Below are positions 62,681 through 64,000 of a stretch of 64,000 nt of DNA, piece after piece. The position numbers and the translations under genes were made by a program. The DNA is from Lama guanicoe (Eukaryota). Every line of letters begins with the position of its first letter. The first letter of the stretch is position 1. The notes below the pieces were generated by a model, which saw nothing but the letters and a program-made list of their open reading frames with translations, was not told the DNA's origin and ran no database searches. The stretch is from positions 1,636,833-1,700,832 of the forward strand of contig MU053376.1 of the NCBI GenBank assembly GCA_013239625.1, in the 5' to 3' direction.

Positions 62681-63345
62681 TCCTTTTTTTTCCTTCCAGT
62701 TTTATTGAGACATAACTGACACACAGCAGGGTGTAAGTTTAAGGTGTACAGCATACTGATTTGACTTACGTATACCATGAAATGATAATCACAATAAGTT
62801 TAGTGAACATCCATCATCTGGTATAGATACAAAAATTAAAGGCATAGAAAAACAGATTTTTTTTTCCTTGTGTTGAGAACTCAGGATTTACTCTCTTAAC
62901 AACTTTCGTGTATAACATATAGCAGTGTTCATTATATTTATCATGTTGTACCTAGTACTTATTTACCTTATAACTAGAACTTTGTACCTTCTGACTGTCT
63001 GCATCCACCTCAAAGCCAGCAATGTTGCATGTCTCTGACATCTTTCCATAGTCATATGTCCCTCTGACTACAGCCAGAGGTCCTTTTTTTCCCTTCCAGT
63101 TTTATTGAGACATAACTGACACACAGCAGGGTATAAGTTTAAGGTGTACAGCATACTGATTTGACTTACATATACCATGAAATGATTATCACAATAAGTT
63201 TAGTGAACATCCATCATCTGGTATAGATACAAAAATTAAAGGCATAGAAAAACAGATTTTTCTTCCTTGTGTTGAGAACTCAGGATTTACTCTCTTAACA
63301 ACTTTCGTGTATAACATATAGCAGTGTTCATTATATTTATCATGT
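62608..63345. repeat. Near-identical tandem duplication, 400-bp period (62608-62946 vs 63008-63345)
   Basis: Both copies start cctcaaagccagcaatgttgc; about six differences counted by eye. Confidence 0.9.
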
Positions 63346-64000
63346 ATACAGGAAACTATATTCATTTTCTTATAATAACATATAATGGAAAAGAATCTGA
63401 AAAGAAAATATAAATATGTATTATATGTATAAGTGAATCACTTTGCTGTACAACTGAAGCTAACGTTGCAAATTAACTACATTTCAATATAAATTTTTTT
63501 TAAGAAAAAGAATGCTGTCAAGGCTTCCACCTGTCCTTAATTTTTACTATGTGATCAGGGAATAAACTATTTAAAATCTAGAGAATGAAAACACTCTCTG
63601 ACCCTTCGTTTCCTTATCTGTGAATTGGGGCTGTTAGGAAAATTAAATACAAGCATATGTGAAGATTTTGCGTGACACATAGTAAATGATCGATAAATAC
63701 CTGCTTGAAATTTTATTATAAGGAAAGATACATTATCCTTAGGCAAACGAGACAGAAATCCAATGATTTCCTTCGTTATCTCGCTGGGCTTCGTTTTCAG
63801 ATTTCTAATGATGGCGGTCTCACCTCGGCACCTTTCTCGAATGCTTTTATTTCCTCTACCAGGACTGCTGGACTCTCTGAATCAGTTCCCATCCTGGAAT
63901 TTCCTCAAGCACCCACAGGGTAGGATTTAGGCAGTAGCTAAATAGGCAAAAGGCAGAATTTTAATCTCAGGATCTTGTTTAAAGTGACTTTGTCTCCACT

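Noticed and set aside
63820..63900. Minus-strand mini-ORF MGTDSESPAVLVEEIKAFEKGAE ending at a GAG|gtgaga donor
   Set aside because: No similarity to CTSE or any protein I recognise; no supporting downstream exon

Overview
Mammalian genomic DNA, most likely a camelid (alpaca, llama or camel). The lineage is inferred from seven tRNA-derived Vic-1-like SINEs. The window holds one intact protein-coding gene, RAB7B, on the minus strand: five coding exons, join(36890..36838, 36290..36164, 35476..35261, 28305..28180, 22141..22061), 200 aa, ending in a CC prenylation motif. It has a ~2 kb 3' UTR and a candidate non-coding first exon/promoter near 48.9-49.4 kb. Upstream on the same strand lie exons 7-9 of a cathepsin E (CTSE) unitary pseudogene, with three premature stops, frameshifts and a lost splice acceptor; no more-5' exons were found. 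At 9.2-16.2 kb an old, two-LTR, non-autonomous class I (gamma-like) ERV sits inside an L1. It appears chimeric and carries nested insertions. The rest is LINE/SINE/LTR/DNA-transposon debris and microsatellites, plus an intronic CpG-rich island, an octamer+TATA promoter-like block at 5.6-5.7 kb, and an N-gap flanked by duplications that are probably assembly artefacts. Almost all ORFs in the supplied track are non-coding noise. I found no evidence of a wholly new biological system. The best leads are the CTSE loss, the mosaic ERV and the candidate regulatory elements.
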